Positions 27,481 to 37,254 of a stretch of DNA of 64,000 nucleotides are shown in pieces. The notes beneath the pieces were generated by a model. That model was not told where the DNA came from, ran no database searches, and worked only from the letters and a program-made list of their open reading frames with translations. The first letter of the stretch is position 1; each line of letters begins with the position of its first letter. This stretch comes from Eubacteriales bacterium (GTDB taxonomy: Bacteria > Bacillota > Clostridia > Oscillospirales > CAG-272), in contig JBGVFH010000072.1 in assembly GCA_045120955.1 (NCBI GenBank), positions 31,876 to 95,875 on the forward strand, written 5' to 3'. A program made the translations under genes and the position numbers.

Positions 27481-29370
27481 ATGAACATGGAACTTAAAAC
27501 CGAAATTGCAGTAATAGGTGCGGGACACGCAGGAACAGAGGCGGCACTTGCTTGTGCAAGGTGCGGCATTGACACGGTGCTCTTTACGATAAATCTCGAT
27601 GCCATAGCAAATATGCCGTGCAATCCCTCTATCGGAGGCACGGGAAAGGGGCATCTGGTATACGAGATAGATGCGTTGGGCGGCGAGATGGGCAGAGCGG
27701 CAGACAAGGCAAGTATGCAGTCAAGGACGCTGAACACAGGCAAAGGTGCCGCCGTCCATTCAAAGCGGGTACAGGCAGACAGGGCACTTTATAAAACCAT
27801 AATGAAGCAAACGCTTGAGACGACGGAAAATCTCCGTATCATTCAAGCGGAGGTCACGGATATAAAATTTGAGACGCATAACGGAAAAAAGCGGGTAAGC
27901 TCTGTCACAACGGCACTCGGCGAGGAGTGGAAGTGCAGGGCAGCCGTAATATGCGCAGGTACTTATCTTTGCTCGGAGATATTTGTAGGAAACGTAAGCT
28001 ACGAGGGCGGACCCGACGGACTTATGCCGGCAAAGGGGCTGTCAGCGGCGCTTGAGCGAGAAGGGATAAAGCTGCTGAGATTTAAGACGGGAACTCCCGC
28101 AAGAGTAAAGAAAAGCAGCATCGACTTTTCGGTGCTTGAGCGGCAGGACGGAGAGGACGAGCCCGTGCCGTTTTCCTCGGATACTGATAAAGAGCAGTAT
28201 CTGCGCACCGAGCAGACACCCTGCCATATAGTTTATACAAATCAAAGAACGCATGACATCATCGGCAAAAATATTCACAAGAGCGCAATGTACTCGGGAA
28301 AGATACACGGCACAGGCCCGAGATACTGCCCATCCATCGAGGACAAGCTCGTCAGATTTTCCGACAAGCCAAGACATCAGCTCTTTGTCGAGCCTATGGG
28401 AGACTCGACAGAGGAGATGTACATACAGGGCTTTTCCACCTCTCTTCCGACAGAGGTGCAGTATGAAATGCTGCGATCTCTTGACGGCTTTGAAAATGCA
28501 CAGATAATGCGCTACGCATATGCCATAGAATATGACTGCGCTGAGCCGACTCAGATGTATCCAACGCTTGAATTTAAGGACTATGAAGGGCTGTACGGTG
28601 CGGGACAGTTCAACGGCACCTCGGGCTATGAGGAGGCGGCGTGTCAGGGACTTGTGGCAGGCATCAACGCAATGCTGAAGCTCAAGGGCGAGCCGCCTAT
28701 GGTGCTTGAGCGCTCGTCGTCATATATCGGAACACTCATTGACGACCTTGTAACAAAGGGTACAAACGAGCCGTACAGAATTATGACCAGCCGCTCGGAA
28801 TATAGGCTGTTGCTCCGACAGGACAACGCCGACGAGCGCCTTACCGAGACGGGCAGGCGGGTCGGACTTGTAAGCGACGAAAAATATGAAAAATTTAAAA
28901 AGAAGCAGACGGCGATAAGAGCGGAAGAGGAGCGTATCAAAGACACGGTCATCTGCCCGAGCGAAAAAACTAACGCTCTGCTCGAAAAATACGGCAGTAC
29001 CCCTATAAAAAGCGGCGTAAAGCTTGCGGAGCTGTTGCGCCGTCCCGAGCTTGATATGCAAAAGCTCGCCGAGCTTGACGTTCACAGACCTGACATCGAG
29101 CCGTCGGTCATGCTCTCGGCGCAGATAAACATAAAGTATGAGGGCTATATCAAAAAACAGCTTGAAGAGGTAAACCGAGCAAGAAAGCTTGAGGAAAAGG
29201 CTCTGCCGACAGACGTTGACTACACAAACATAAAAGGACTGAGAATAGAAGCGGCGCAAAAGCTGACAAAGCTCCGACCGCTGAACATCGGTCAGGCATC
29301 ACGCATCAGCGGAGTAAATCCCGCCGATATTTCGGTGCTTCTCATCTGGCTGAAGTCAAAGGACGAATAA
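27481..29370 (+). CDS. mnmG: tRNA uridine-5-carboxymethylaminomethyl modification enzyme
   Basis: 629 aa. FAD motif VIGAGHAGTEAA, plus SIGGTGKGHLV and GPRYCPSIEDK. Confidence 0.95.
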   Translation: MNMELKTEIAVIGAGHAGTEAALACARCGIDTVLFTINLDAIANMPCNPSIGGTGKGHLVYEIDALGGEMGRAADKASMQSRTLNTGKGAAVHSKRVQADRALYKTIMKQTLETTENLRIIQAEVTDIKFETHNGKKRVSSVTTALGEEWKCRAAVICAGTYLCSEIFVGNVSYEGGPDGLMPAKGLSAALEREGIKLLRFKTGTPARVKKSSIDFSVLERQDGEDEPVPFSSDTDKEQYLRTEQTPCHIVYTNQRTHDIIGKNIHKSAMYSGKIHGTGPRYCPSIEDKLVRFSDKPRHQLFVEPMGDSTEEMYIQGFSTSLPTEVQYEMLRSLDGFENAQIMRYAYAIEYDCAEPTQMYPTLEFKDYEGLYGAGQFNGTSGYEEAACQGLVAGINAMLKLKGEPPMVLERSSSYIGTLIDDLVTKGTNEPYRIMTSRSEYRLLLRQDNADERLTETGRRVGLVSDEKYEKFKKKQTAIRAEEERIKDTVICPSEKTNALLEKYGSTPIKSGVKLAELLRRPELDMQKLAELDVHRPDIEPSVMLSAQINIKYEGYIKKQLEEVNRARKLEEKALPTDVDYTNIKGLRIEAAQKLTKLRPLNIGQASRISGVNPADISVLLIWLKSKDE

Positions 29371-29375
29371 CGGTC

Positions 29376-29430
29376 ATACAGCGTGGTCGTCAGTATCTGA
29401 CGATCACGCTGTATATAATTATTTTGTTTG
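29376..29430 (+). terminator. Terminator of mnmG
   Basis: 18-bp stem ATACAGCGTGGTCGTCAG-TAT-CTGACGATCACGCTGTAT followed by T-rich sequence. Confidence 0.65.
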
Positions 29431-29548
29431 TTTACAATCTATTAAAAAAAATTGGTATTTTTAGAAATTGTAATATATTACACTATTGAAAACAGGACGG
29501 GAAAAGTGGTATAATAAGAAGGAAGAAAAGCTTTTTTGCATTTGTTTT

Positions 29549-29648
29549 AAAAAGCGGGCAGTGCCCGCCCCCATCCTCTCGCCTACCGCTTTGTATCTGT
29601 TGCAGAAGCTGCGCAGAACGGCGAGCGAGGATCCATGCATTTTATATG
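29549..29648 (-). repeat. Family-A repeat (X-prime-Y form, inverted)
   Basis: AAAAGCGGGCAGTGCCCGCCCCCATCCTCTCGCCTA...GGATCCATGCATTTTATATG. Confidence 0.75.
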
Positions 29649-29867
29649 TAAAAAAAGGGCGGATATACCGCCCGTAAAAAATATTACTGCCCGCGGCAGC
29701 GCCGATACAGGACAAATGAGATATCTGACCTGAGCAAATTGCCGAGGCGCACGGAGCTTGTCCGTGAGGGAATGTTCATATACATCACCTCTTGCAGTAA
29801 TTTTGTGGTTTTATTATATACCGTTCCCCCGAAAAAGGCAATACTATAACGAAAAGAAGGTATAAAA

Positions 29868-31751
29868 ATGAACGAAAAAGAAGAAAAAGTACAAGGCGGC
29901 ATATCTGTCGAGACTGCACAGATATTCCCCGTTATTAAAAAGTGGCTCTACTCCGACAAGGAAATATTTATCCGTGAGATCATATCCAACGCCTCCGATG
30001 CCTGCACAAAGCTAAAGCGTCTTTGCTCTCTCGGGCAGGTGCACGACATCGACGAAAATTTCATGATCAGCGTAAAGCTCGACAAGGATGCAAAAACTAT
30101 CACCGTATCCGACAACGGTATCGGTATGACCCGTGACGAGGTGGAGAGATACATCTGTCAGATAGCTCTTTCGGGAGCGCTTGAATTTATCGAAAAGTAC
30201 GAGTCTGAGTCATCCGACTCGGGTATTATCGGACATTTCGGACTCGGCTTTTACAGTGCGTTTATGGTCTGCGACACGGTGGAGCTTGTCACCCGTTCTT
30301 ACCAAGGAGGCAAAACGGTCGTATGGCAGTGCGATGAGTCGGGCAGCTATGAGATGAGCGAGTCAGAGCAAAAGGAATGCCGAGGCACCGATGTCATCAT
30401 GCATATAAACGAGGAGGGCGAGGAGTATCTTGACTCTCATACTCTGCGTGCCGCTATTGAAAAATACTGTGCTTTTATGCCTATACCGATATATTTTGAC
30501 GACGGCGGGGTATGCGAGTGCGAGCATGAGCATAAGCATAAGGATGGAGAGGAATGTGAGTGCAAGCATTCACCCGTGCAGATAAACGATACGGCTCCTC
30601 TGTGGCAAAAGCAGCCCTCGGAGTGCACCGACGAGGAATACAAGCAGTTTTATTCAAAGGTTTTCCCCGATTTTCGTGAGCCGCTGTTCTGGATACATAT
30701 CAACGCCGACTACCCCCTCAACTTCAAGGGTATACTGTATTTTCCCAAGCTTGCGCATGAGTATGACAGCCTTGAAGGACAGGTAAAGCTGTATTACAAT
30801 CAGGTGTTTGTTGCCGATAATATAAAAGAGGTCATTCCCGAGTATCTTTTGATGCTTCGAGGTGTGCTTGACTGTCCTGAGCTTCCTCTCAACGTATCAA
30901 GAAGCTATCTGCAGTCAAACGGCTATGTAAAAAAGGTATCTGCGCACATCGTAAAGAAGGTCGCTGACAAGATAAACGGTATGTTCAACACTGACAGAGA
31001 AGCATATGAAAAGCTCTGGAGCGAGATAAAAATGTTCTGCGAGTATGCATCTCTTTGTGACCGCAAGTTCTTTGACAGAGTAAAGGCATCTCTTTTGCTC
31101 ACGCTCACCGACGGCACGCACAAGACACTCGCCGAGTATCTCGAAGCCGCAAAGGAAAAGCACGAGGGCAAGGTATTTTACGCTACGAATACGACGGCAC
31201 AGGCGCAGTACATTTCTATGCTTGAGTCAGAGGGTATACTTTGCGCTGTGTTTGACAAAATGATAGACACACAGTTTATCTCCATGCTTGAGAGTGAAAA
31301 CGAAAATGTTAAATTTATGCGTGTTGACTCGGATATAAGCGACATTCTCAGAGCAAAGGAAGGCGGAGAGGAAAACGAAAGACTCACCGCTCTTTTCCGT
31401 GAGGTAAGCGCAAATGAAAAGCTGAGCGTAAAGATCGAGCATCTAAAAGACGCAAAGCTGCCCGCAATGCTCATACTTGACGAGCAGTCAAGACGTCTGG
31501 ACGACATGATGAAGATGTACAGAGCCGCAGGCGAGGGGATGGGAGCTGACACGTTTGCACCGCAGGCAACTCTTTTGCTCAATCTCGACTGCCCCACCGT
31601 ATGTTCTCTTGACAAGCAAGAACCGAGCGACAGGGAAAAGGCTGTTGCACGTCAGATATATATGCTCGCACTTCTCTCTCAGAGAGGGCTGAGCGGCGAG
31701 GAGCTCAAGGAATTTCTCGCTTCAAGCTACGATATTCTCGAGAAAATATAA
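29868..31751 (+). CDS. htpG: Molecular chaperone HtpG (Hsp90) with a Cys/His-rich insertion
   Basis: 627 aa. N-terminal segment LYSDKEIFIREIISNASDA and GHFGLGFYSAF. Contains the unusual insertion CECEHEHKHKDGEECECKH. Confidence 0.95.
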   Translation: MNEKEEKVQGGISVETAQIFPVIKKWLYSDKEIFIREIISNASDACTKLKRLCSLGQVHDIDENFMISVKLDKDAKTITVSDNGIGMTRDEVERYICQIALSGALEFIEKYESESSDSGIIGHFGLGFYSAFMVCDTVELVTRSYQGGKTVVWQCDESGSYEMSESEQKECRGTDVIMHINEEGEEYLDSHTLRAAIEKYCAFMPIPIYFDDGGVCECEHEHKHKDGEECECKHSPVQINDTAPLWQKQPSECTDEEYKQFYSKVFPDFREPLFWIHINADYPLNFKGILYFPKLAHEYDSLEGQVKLYYNQVFVADNIKEVIPEYLLMLRGVLDCPELPLNVSRSYLQSNGYVKKVSAHIVKKVADKINGMFNTDREAYEKLWSEIKMFCEYASLCDRKFFDRVKASLLLTLTDGTHKTLAEYLEAAKEKHEGKVFYATNTTAQAQYISMLESEGILCAVFDKMIDTQFISMLESENENVKFMRVDSDISDILRAKEGGEENERLTALFREVSANEKLSVKIEHLKDAKLPAMLILDEQSRRLDDMMKMYRAAGEGMGADTFAPQATLLLNLDCPTVCSLDKQEPSDREKAVARQIYMLALLSQRGLSGEELKEFLASSYDILEKI

Positions 31752-31768
31752 ATTTTTCGGAGGAAAAT

Positions 31769-32026
31769 ATGTCAAAGAAAATTCAATTTCGCCCAAACGG
31801 CACTTGCTCAAGGCTGATAGAGCTTGAGATAGACGAGAGCGATAACATAGTCGACGTAAAATTTTCGGGAGGGTGCTCGGGAAACACACAGGGCATCTCG
31901 GCTCTTGTCCGAGGCATGAATGCCCGTGAAGCGGCACAGCGGCTCTCGGGTATCCGTTGCGGCTTTCGTGACACGTCCTGCCCCGATCAGCTTTCAAAGG
32001 CTATAGACAAGCTACTTGACAATTAA
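31769..32026 (+). CDS. TSCPD-domain protein (TIGR03905-like)
   Basis: 85 aa containing GGCSGNTQGISALVRGM and C...CPDQL. Confidence 0.7.
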   Translation: MSKKIQFRPNGTCSRLIELEIDESDNIVDVKFSGGCSGNTQGISALVRGMNAREAAQRLSGIRCGFRDTSCPDQLSKAIDKLLDN

Positions 32027-32075
32027 GGATAAATTTTCTATAATCTACATATAAACTAAGGAAGGAATTTTTCAG

Positions 32076-33812
32076 ATGAAAAAAGTATTGACACATACCG
32101 ATATATATGAGAAATGGCTCTCATATACAGGCATTGATGCCGACACAAAGGCTGAGCTTGAGAGTATAAAGAACAACGAAGACGAAATAAAGCTGCGTTT
32201 CCGCGGTAATATGGAGTTCGGTACAGCAGGTCTGCGCGGAATTATGTGTGCAGGTCAGTCATGCATCAACACATACACAATAGCTCATGCAACGCAGGGG
32301 CTTGCAAATCTTATTATCGACGAGGATAAGTGTGAGAGAGGCGTTGCTATCGCATACGACAGCCGCAACAACTCTGCCCTCTACGCAAAGATAAGCGCAA
32401 GCGTGCTTTGCGCCAACGGTATCAAGGTATATATCTTTGATGCTCTGCGCCCGACACCTGAGCTTTCATTTGCTGTAAGAGAGCTTAAATGCATTGCAGG
32501 TATCAACATCACCGCAAGCCACAACCCGAAGCAGTATAACGGCTACAAAGTATATTGGGAGGACGGAGCACAGCTTTCTCCCGTTCACGCAGGTGCCGTT
32601 TCCAAATATATCGAGAACATCGACATTTTTGAGGATGTAAAGACGACAGACTTTGACTGTGCTGTCAAGGACGGCAGGATCACCGTGGTCGGCGAGGAGC
32701 TTGACCGTGCGTTTATGAAAAACGTCCTCGCTCAGGCGGTAAACCCCGAGGTAGTGGGAGCGGTTGCGGATGACCTTAAGATCGTATACACACCTCTTCA
32801 CGGTGCGGGACACAAGCTCGTGCCCGAGGCACTTCGTGCAATAGGACTCAAAAATCTGGTAGAAGTACCCGAGCAGATGATAATTGACGGAGACTTCCCC
32901 ACAGTTGCAAAGCCCAATCCCGAGCTTGCTGATGCTTTCACTCTCGGAATAGAGCTTGCGGAAAAGGTCGGCTCAGACCTTGTCGTTGCGACAGACCCCG
33001 ACTGCGACCGTGTTGGCGTTATGAGCCGTGACAAGGACGGAAAGTTTGTCCGCATCACAGGAAACCAGATGGGTGCACTGTTGCTTGACTACATTATCAC
33101 CGCATACAAGGAAAAGGGCGGTGTGCCTGCTGACGCATATGCTGTAAAGACTATCGTTTCGACCGAAATGGTAGCAGAGATATGCAAGCAGAATAACGTA
33201 AAGCTCTATAACGTGCTCACAGGCTTTAAGTTTATCGGTGAGGTTATCAAAAACTCGGAAAAAACGGGTGTCGGCACATATCTGCTCGGCTTTGAGGAGA
33301 GCTACGGCTATCTCAAGGGCACATATGCCAGAGACAAGGATGCAGTTTGTGCTTCCATGCTTATCGGCGAGATGACCGCCTACTACAAAAAGAAGAATAT
33401 GACTCTCAGCACGGCTCTCGATGCTCTTTACGAAAAGTACGGCTACTACAGAGAAGGCGTTGAGGACATATATATGGAAGGTCTTGACGGTATAGCACGC
33501 CGCACAAGAATAATGGAAAATCTGCGTAAAAACACACCTGTCACCATAGGCGGAGTGAAGGTCATCAGCGTAGGTGACTACATCACTCAGACTATCACAG
33601 AGCTTGCAAGCGGAAAAACAGAGCCTACGGGACTGCCCAAGTCTGATGTTCTCCGCTACGAGCTTGAAAACGGAGACATCGCAGTTGTCCGTCCTTCGGG
33701 TACCGAACCGAAGATCAAGATGTACTTCCTCGCAAGTGCAAAGACAAAAGAAGCGCTGGACGCTCAGGTCGACAAGTATCTCTCGAGATATACAGAGCTT
33801 CTTTGCGATTGA
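32076..33812 (+). CDS. Phosphoglucomutase/phosphomannomutase family protein
   Basis: 578 aa. Active-site TASHNP, GTAGLRG, and a DPDCDR metal loop. Confidence 0.9.
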   Translation: MKKVLTHTDIYEKWLSYTGIDADTKAELESIKNNEDEIKLRFRGNMEFGTAGLRGIMCAGQSCINTYTIAHATQGLANLIIDEDKCERGVAIAYDSRNNSALYAKISASVLCANGIKVYIFDALRPTPELSFAVRELKCIAGINITASHNPKQYNGYKVYWEDGAQLSPVHAGAVSKYIENIDIFEDVKTTDFDCAVKDGRITVVGEELDRAFMKNVLAQAVNPEVVGAVADDLKIVYTPLHGAGHKLVPEALRAIGLKNLVEVPEQMIIDGDFPTVAKPNPELADAFTLGIELAEKVGSDLVVATDPDCDRVGVMSRDKDGKFVRITGNQMGALLLDYIITAYKEKGGVPADAYAVKTIVSTEMVAEICKQNNVKLYNVLTGFKFIGEVIKNSEKTGVGTYLLGFEESYGYLKGTYARDKDAVCASMLIGEMTAYYKKKNMTLSTALDALYEKYGYYREGVEDIYMEGLDGIARRTRIMENLRKNTPVTIGGVKVISVGDYITQTITELASGKTEPTGLPKSDVLRYELENGDIAVVRPSGTEPKIKMYFLASAKTKEALDAQVDKYLSRYTELLCD

Positions 33813-33843
33813 TAAGCTGAGAATTTAATAAATAAACAAAGAT

Positions 33844-33900
33844 AAAACGGGTGATGAGAGAAGCCTTCATTGCAAAGGTTTCTCCCGTCACCCGTTTTTT
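33844..33900. terminator. Bidirectional terminator between the pgm and zinc ABC operons
   Basis: AAAACGGGTGA...TCACCCGTTTTTT long hairpin. Confidence 0.7.
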
Positions 33901-33911
33901 GTTATGGTATA

Positions 33912-34751
33912 CTATGCTCCTTTGACAGCCGAGATCGTTTTGCACACGGCAAAGGCGCAAATATCCGCGACAACGATGGTAGAGCCTGACGGTGTCCCAA
34001 AAAGAACAGACACGGTCATACCCACAGCCGCACAAGCGACGCCTATTACCGCCGAGCAGACGATCACACGTCGAAAGCTCTTGAAAACGCTCATTGCCGA
34101 TATTGCGGGGAAAATGATAAGCGCCGAGATGAGCAGAGAACCGACCAAGCGCATTGAAAGAGAAATGACCACGGCTGTGACGACCGCTATCATGAGATTG
34201 TACGCTTTTGCGCCTCCGCCCGTTGCCTGCATAAAGGTCGAGTCAAAGGTAAGAGCGAAAATTCTGTTGTAAAAAAGTATAAATATCAGCACCACCGCCA
34301 AAGCCATAACTATGCTGAGGAGAAGGTCGCTTTGCTTTAGCGTCAGTATGGATGCCGAGCCGAAAAGGGACGAGCACACGTCTCCTGCCACATTTGAGGA
34401 TGTAGGGAAGAGATTGAGCAGTATGTAGCCTATTGCAAGAGACCCTACGGAAAGCATCGCAAGTGTGGCATCGCCGTTGATCTTTTTGCTCTCACCTATG
34501 CCGAGCAAAATTACGGCACATATGACGGTGACGGGCATTATCAGCAAAAGATTGTCAGAGAGATTGAGCACAGCCGCTACAGCCATAGCGCCGAACGCAA
34601 CATGGGAAAGTCCGTCCCCGAGATAGGAAAAGCGCTTGAGCACCAAGGTCACGCCGAGAAGAGATGCGCACAGAGCTACGAGCATTCCCACTATCAACGC
34701 ATATCTGACATACGGGTATGAAAAGTAAGAAATAAATTCGTCAAAGCTCAT
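33912..34751 (-). CDS. Metal (zinc) ABC transporter permease
   Basis: 279-aa multi-TM ABC-3-type permease, last gene of the zur operon. Confidence 0.85.
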   Translation of the reverse strand: MSFDEFISYFSYPYVRYALIVGMLVALCASLLGVTLVLKRFSYLGDGLSHVAFGAMAVAAVLNLSDNLLLIMPVTVICAVILLGIGESKKINGDATLAMLSVGSLAIGYILLNLFPTSSNVAGDVCSSLFGSASILTLKQSDLLLSIVMALAVVLIFILFYNRIFALTFDSTFMQATGGGAKAYNLMIAVVTAVVISLSMRLVGSLLISALIIFPAISAMSVFKSFRRVIVCSAVIGVACAAVGMTVSVLFGTPSGSTIVVADICAFAVCKTISAVKGA

Positions 34752-35464
34752 TTTTCGTCACCTCCGTGAGCATAAATAAAGGCTCTGCCCACCTCGCTGT
34801 GTCTGTATTCTTCGACCGTACCGAAAAATATTTTTTCCGAGCCGAGGTGCAGTATGTGAGTTGCATATGCAAGGGTGGAGCATATGTCGTGCGATACCAT
34901 TATCACCGACATTTTATCATTTTCATTGAGATCCTTTACAGCCTCGTACATTTCGTGTGTAGCCGACGGGTCAAGCCCCTGCACAGGCTCGTCGAGCAAA
35001 AGCATTTTCTTTGCGGCACAGAGGGCTCGGCAGAGAAGGACTCTTTGCGCCTGTCCGCCCGACAGCTCACGAAAGCATCTGCCCGAAAGCTTGTCTATAC
35101 CGAGGCGTTTCATATTCTCCTGCGCTTTCTTTTTATGCTTTGAGCGAAAAAACGGGAAAGCGCCCGGCTCCCCGATACAGCCCGAGAGCACTACCTCGCT
35201 GACCGATGCGGGAAAGTCCTTTTGAGTAAAGGAGGTCTGCGGCAGATATCCGATGTCACGTTGACGCAGACCTGCGTTCATTTTTATCTCTCCGCCGAGC
35301 GGCGGTATGAGCCCGAGCAGCGTTTTTACAAGAGTGCTTTTCCCCGCACCGTTCTCGCCCGTGATAGCAATATAGTCTCCCTCGTTTACCTCAAAGCTGA
35401 TATTTTCAGCTATAGGTTTTTTATCGTAGCCGAGCGAGAGCTTTTCACATTTTAACAATAGCAT
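34748..35464 (-). CDS. Metal (zinc) ABC transporter ATP-binding protein
   Basis: Walker A GENGAGKST, signature LSGGQAQRV, Walker B LLLDEP. Overlaps the permease start by 4 nt. Confidence 0.9.
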   Translation of the reverse strand: MLLLKCEKLSLGYDKKPIAENISFEVNEGDYIAITGENGAGKSTLVKTLLGLIPPLGGEIKMNAGLRQRDIGYLPQTSFTQKDFPASVSEVVLSGCIGEPGAFPFFRSKHKKKAQENMKRLGIDKLSGRCFRELSGGQAQRVLLCRALCAAKKMLLLDEPVQGLDPSATHEMYEAVKDLNENDKMSVIMVSHDICSTLAYATHILHLGSEKIFFGTVEEYRHSEVGRAFIYAHGGDEK

Positions 35465-35484
35465 TATCTTCTCCTTTGCAGCCC

Positions 35485-36486
35485 TTACTTCGAAAGTGCG
35501 AGTGCAAGCGTCTGAAGATTTTCCCGCATGACCGATAGGTAGCTCGCACCTTTTTCAATGTCGCTCTCGCTTATCGCTTGCAGCGAATTGAGCGTCAGTA
35601 TCTGCATATCCTTGTCTTTTGTATTTTTTATGACCGCATCCGCAATTTTTTTGTCCGAATTTTCGCATACTATTACGTATGAAAGTGAATGCTTGTCGAT
35701 CGTTGCGGACAGCGATGCTATCACCTCAAAGCTCGCCTCACTCTCGGCAGAGCAACCCGTAAATGCGGCTTCGCACTCAATACCGAGCGAGCTGAAAAGG
35801 TAGGAAAAAGGATACCTGTCTGCGACGACTGCGGTTTTTTGTGCGCCGTTTTCTGCCGCCGAGATATAGTCACGCTCAAGAGCGGATATCTCAGCGCAGT
35901 AGGCGCTTGCGTTGTTTCTGTATGTCACGGCACTCTCGGGACGGAGAGCACACAGCGCTTCTGATATCAGTGTGACGGCACAGCGGCTGCAATCAAACGA
36001 AAACCATATATGCTCGTCTATGCTGTGCTCATGCTCCTCGCTCTCTTCGTGCTCATGGCTGTGCTCATCTGCGCACAGCTTGTCCGATAAATGCTCTGCG
36101 AGATTGAGCCTTACCATATCGGTATTTGCGGCGCTCGACAGCGTATCCTCCACCCACGAGTCAGACTCGCCTCCGATGTGGATGAACATATCGCTCTTTG
36201 ATATAAGTGTGATGTCCTTTACCGTTGGCTGATAGCTGTGTATGTCCGCACCGTTTGCGCCGAGAATGTTGAGAGAATAGCTTTCGATATCGTCACCGAG
36301 CACCTCTCTCACCCAGTCGTAAAGCACAAATGTCGTGCATACTATTTTTATTTTTCCCTCGTCCTCCTCGTTTGTGCCGGTACAGCCCGAGAGCGAGAAT
36401 ATACCGCCTATGCAAAGCACAAATGACAGCAATAGGGAAAGTGTTATTTTTGTTTTGTTGTGTGTTGCCCTTTTTAAAAATTTCAT
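35485..36486 (-). CDS. Metal (zinc) ABC transporter substrate-binding lipoprotein with His-rich loop
   Basis: ZnuA/AdcA-like. Lipobox LSGC and His/Glu loop HSHEHEESEEHEHS. Start moved to MKFLK at 36486 so that it no longer overlaps zur. Confidence 0.85.
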   Translation of the reverse strand: MKFLKRATHNKTKITLSLLLSFVLCIGGIFSLSGCTGTNEEDEGKIKIVCTTFVLYDWVREVLGDDIESYSLNILGANGADIHSYQPTVKDITLISKSDMFIHIGGESDSWVEDTLSSAANTDMVRLNLAEHLSDKLCADEHSHEHEESEEHEHSIDEHIWFSFDCSRCAVTLISEALCALRPESAVTYRNNASAYCAEISALERDYISAAENGAQKTAVVADRYPFSYLFSSLGIECEAAFTGCSAESEASFEVIASLSATIDKHSLSYVIVCENSDKKIADAVIKNTKDKDMQILTLNSLQAISESDIEKGASYLSVMRENLQTLALALSK

Positions 36487-36508
36487 AGCTTGTCCGTTTG
36501 TTTTGAAT

Positions 36509-36934
36509 TTATTTTTCGGTATCTTTAGCCAGACAGTCCGAGCATATACCGTAGAGCATTGATTTTTCACAGCTCAACACAAAGCCGTGCGCTTCCTTTG
36601 CGTGTGCCGCGATCTCGCTCATAAAATGGCAATCAAGGTGTACTATGGCGCCGCACTCGGTACATTTCATGTGCAGATGCGCACGGCATCCTCCCTCATC
36701 TCCCGAATACTTGTACATTGCCTTGCCCGTGCGCTCTTGCGAAAAACGCATGAGTACACCGTCACGGGTCATGGTGTCAAGGTTGCGGTACACGGTTGTG
36801 AGATTGAGCGTTTCGCCTTTGCCGCACAAAATGCCGTAGACATCGGAAGCTGACAGCAGTCCGTCGCTTTTCTCTCTGAATGCCATAAGTATTTGCGTTT
36901 TCAGTTTTGTCTTATAGCTTTGTGTGCTTTTCAT
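36509..36934 (-). CDS. zur: Fur-family regulator, probably Zur
   Basis: About 141 aa. Winged helix plus CxxC...CxxC (CTECG, CSDC). It is the first gene of the zinc ABC operon. Confidence 0.8.
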   Translation of the reverse strand: MKSTQSYKTKLKTQILMAFREKSDGLLSASDVYGILCGKGETLNLTTVYRNLDTMTRDGVLMRFSQERTGKAMYKYSGDEGGCRAHLHMKCTECGAIVHLDCHFMSEIAAHAKEAHGFVLSCEKSMLYGICSDCLAKDTEK

Positions 36935-36967
36935 GTTCATTTCTCCAAATAATAATTGCCAAGCTTG

Positions 36968-36996
36968 ATTTTAACACAGATAAAATACCGTGTCAA
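36968..36996 (-). promoter_or_regulatory. Promoter of the zur-znu operon
   Basis: Minus strand reads TTGACA-17 nt-TAAAAT. Confidence 0.5.
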
Positions 36997-37003
36997 TACA
37001 AAA

Positions 37004-37018
37004 TGCAAATAATTTGCA
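37004..37018. promoter_or_regulatory. Candidate Zur/Fur-type operator
   Basis: Perfect 7-1-7 AT-rich palindrome TGCAAATAATTTGCA, just upstream of the -35. Confidence 0.4.
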
Positions 37019-37046
37019 AATTGCCGACCGACGGAAATATTTATTG

Positions 37047-37147
37047 TATGGGAAATCGCAAGGCTCCTCACACGCCGTTTTTGCACAGCTTTTGCAATAG
37101 AAAAATAGCGATAGGCGAGAGAACGGGGGCTGGTACTGCCCGCTTTT
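37047..37147 (+). repeat. Family-A repeat (X-prime-Y form, diverged)
   Basis: ATGGGAAATCGCAAGGCTCCTCACACGCCGTTTTTGCA...ATAGGCGAGAGAACGGGGGCTGGTACTGCCCGCTTTT. Confidence 0.65.
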
Positions 37148-37254
37148 ATGCCGCAAAATGCGAATATATTGAAAAATAAGGATGAAAACTATTGTAAAAA
37201 AAGAGAAAATATGCTTTAATAATAATTATGACAGATTTTTTGAGGAGTTAATAT

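Noticed and set aside
29651-29867. CIRCE or CtsR heat-shock operator upstream of htpG
   Set aside because: Neither TTAGCACTC-N9-GAGTGCTAA nor a GGTCAAA direct repeat is present.
36487-36570. N-terminal extension of the ZnuA-like ORF overlapping zur
   Set aside because: The internal MKFLK start gives a normal lipoprotein signal peptide and removes the 62-nt overlap with zur.
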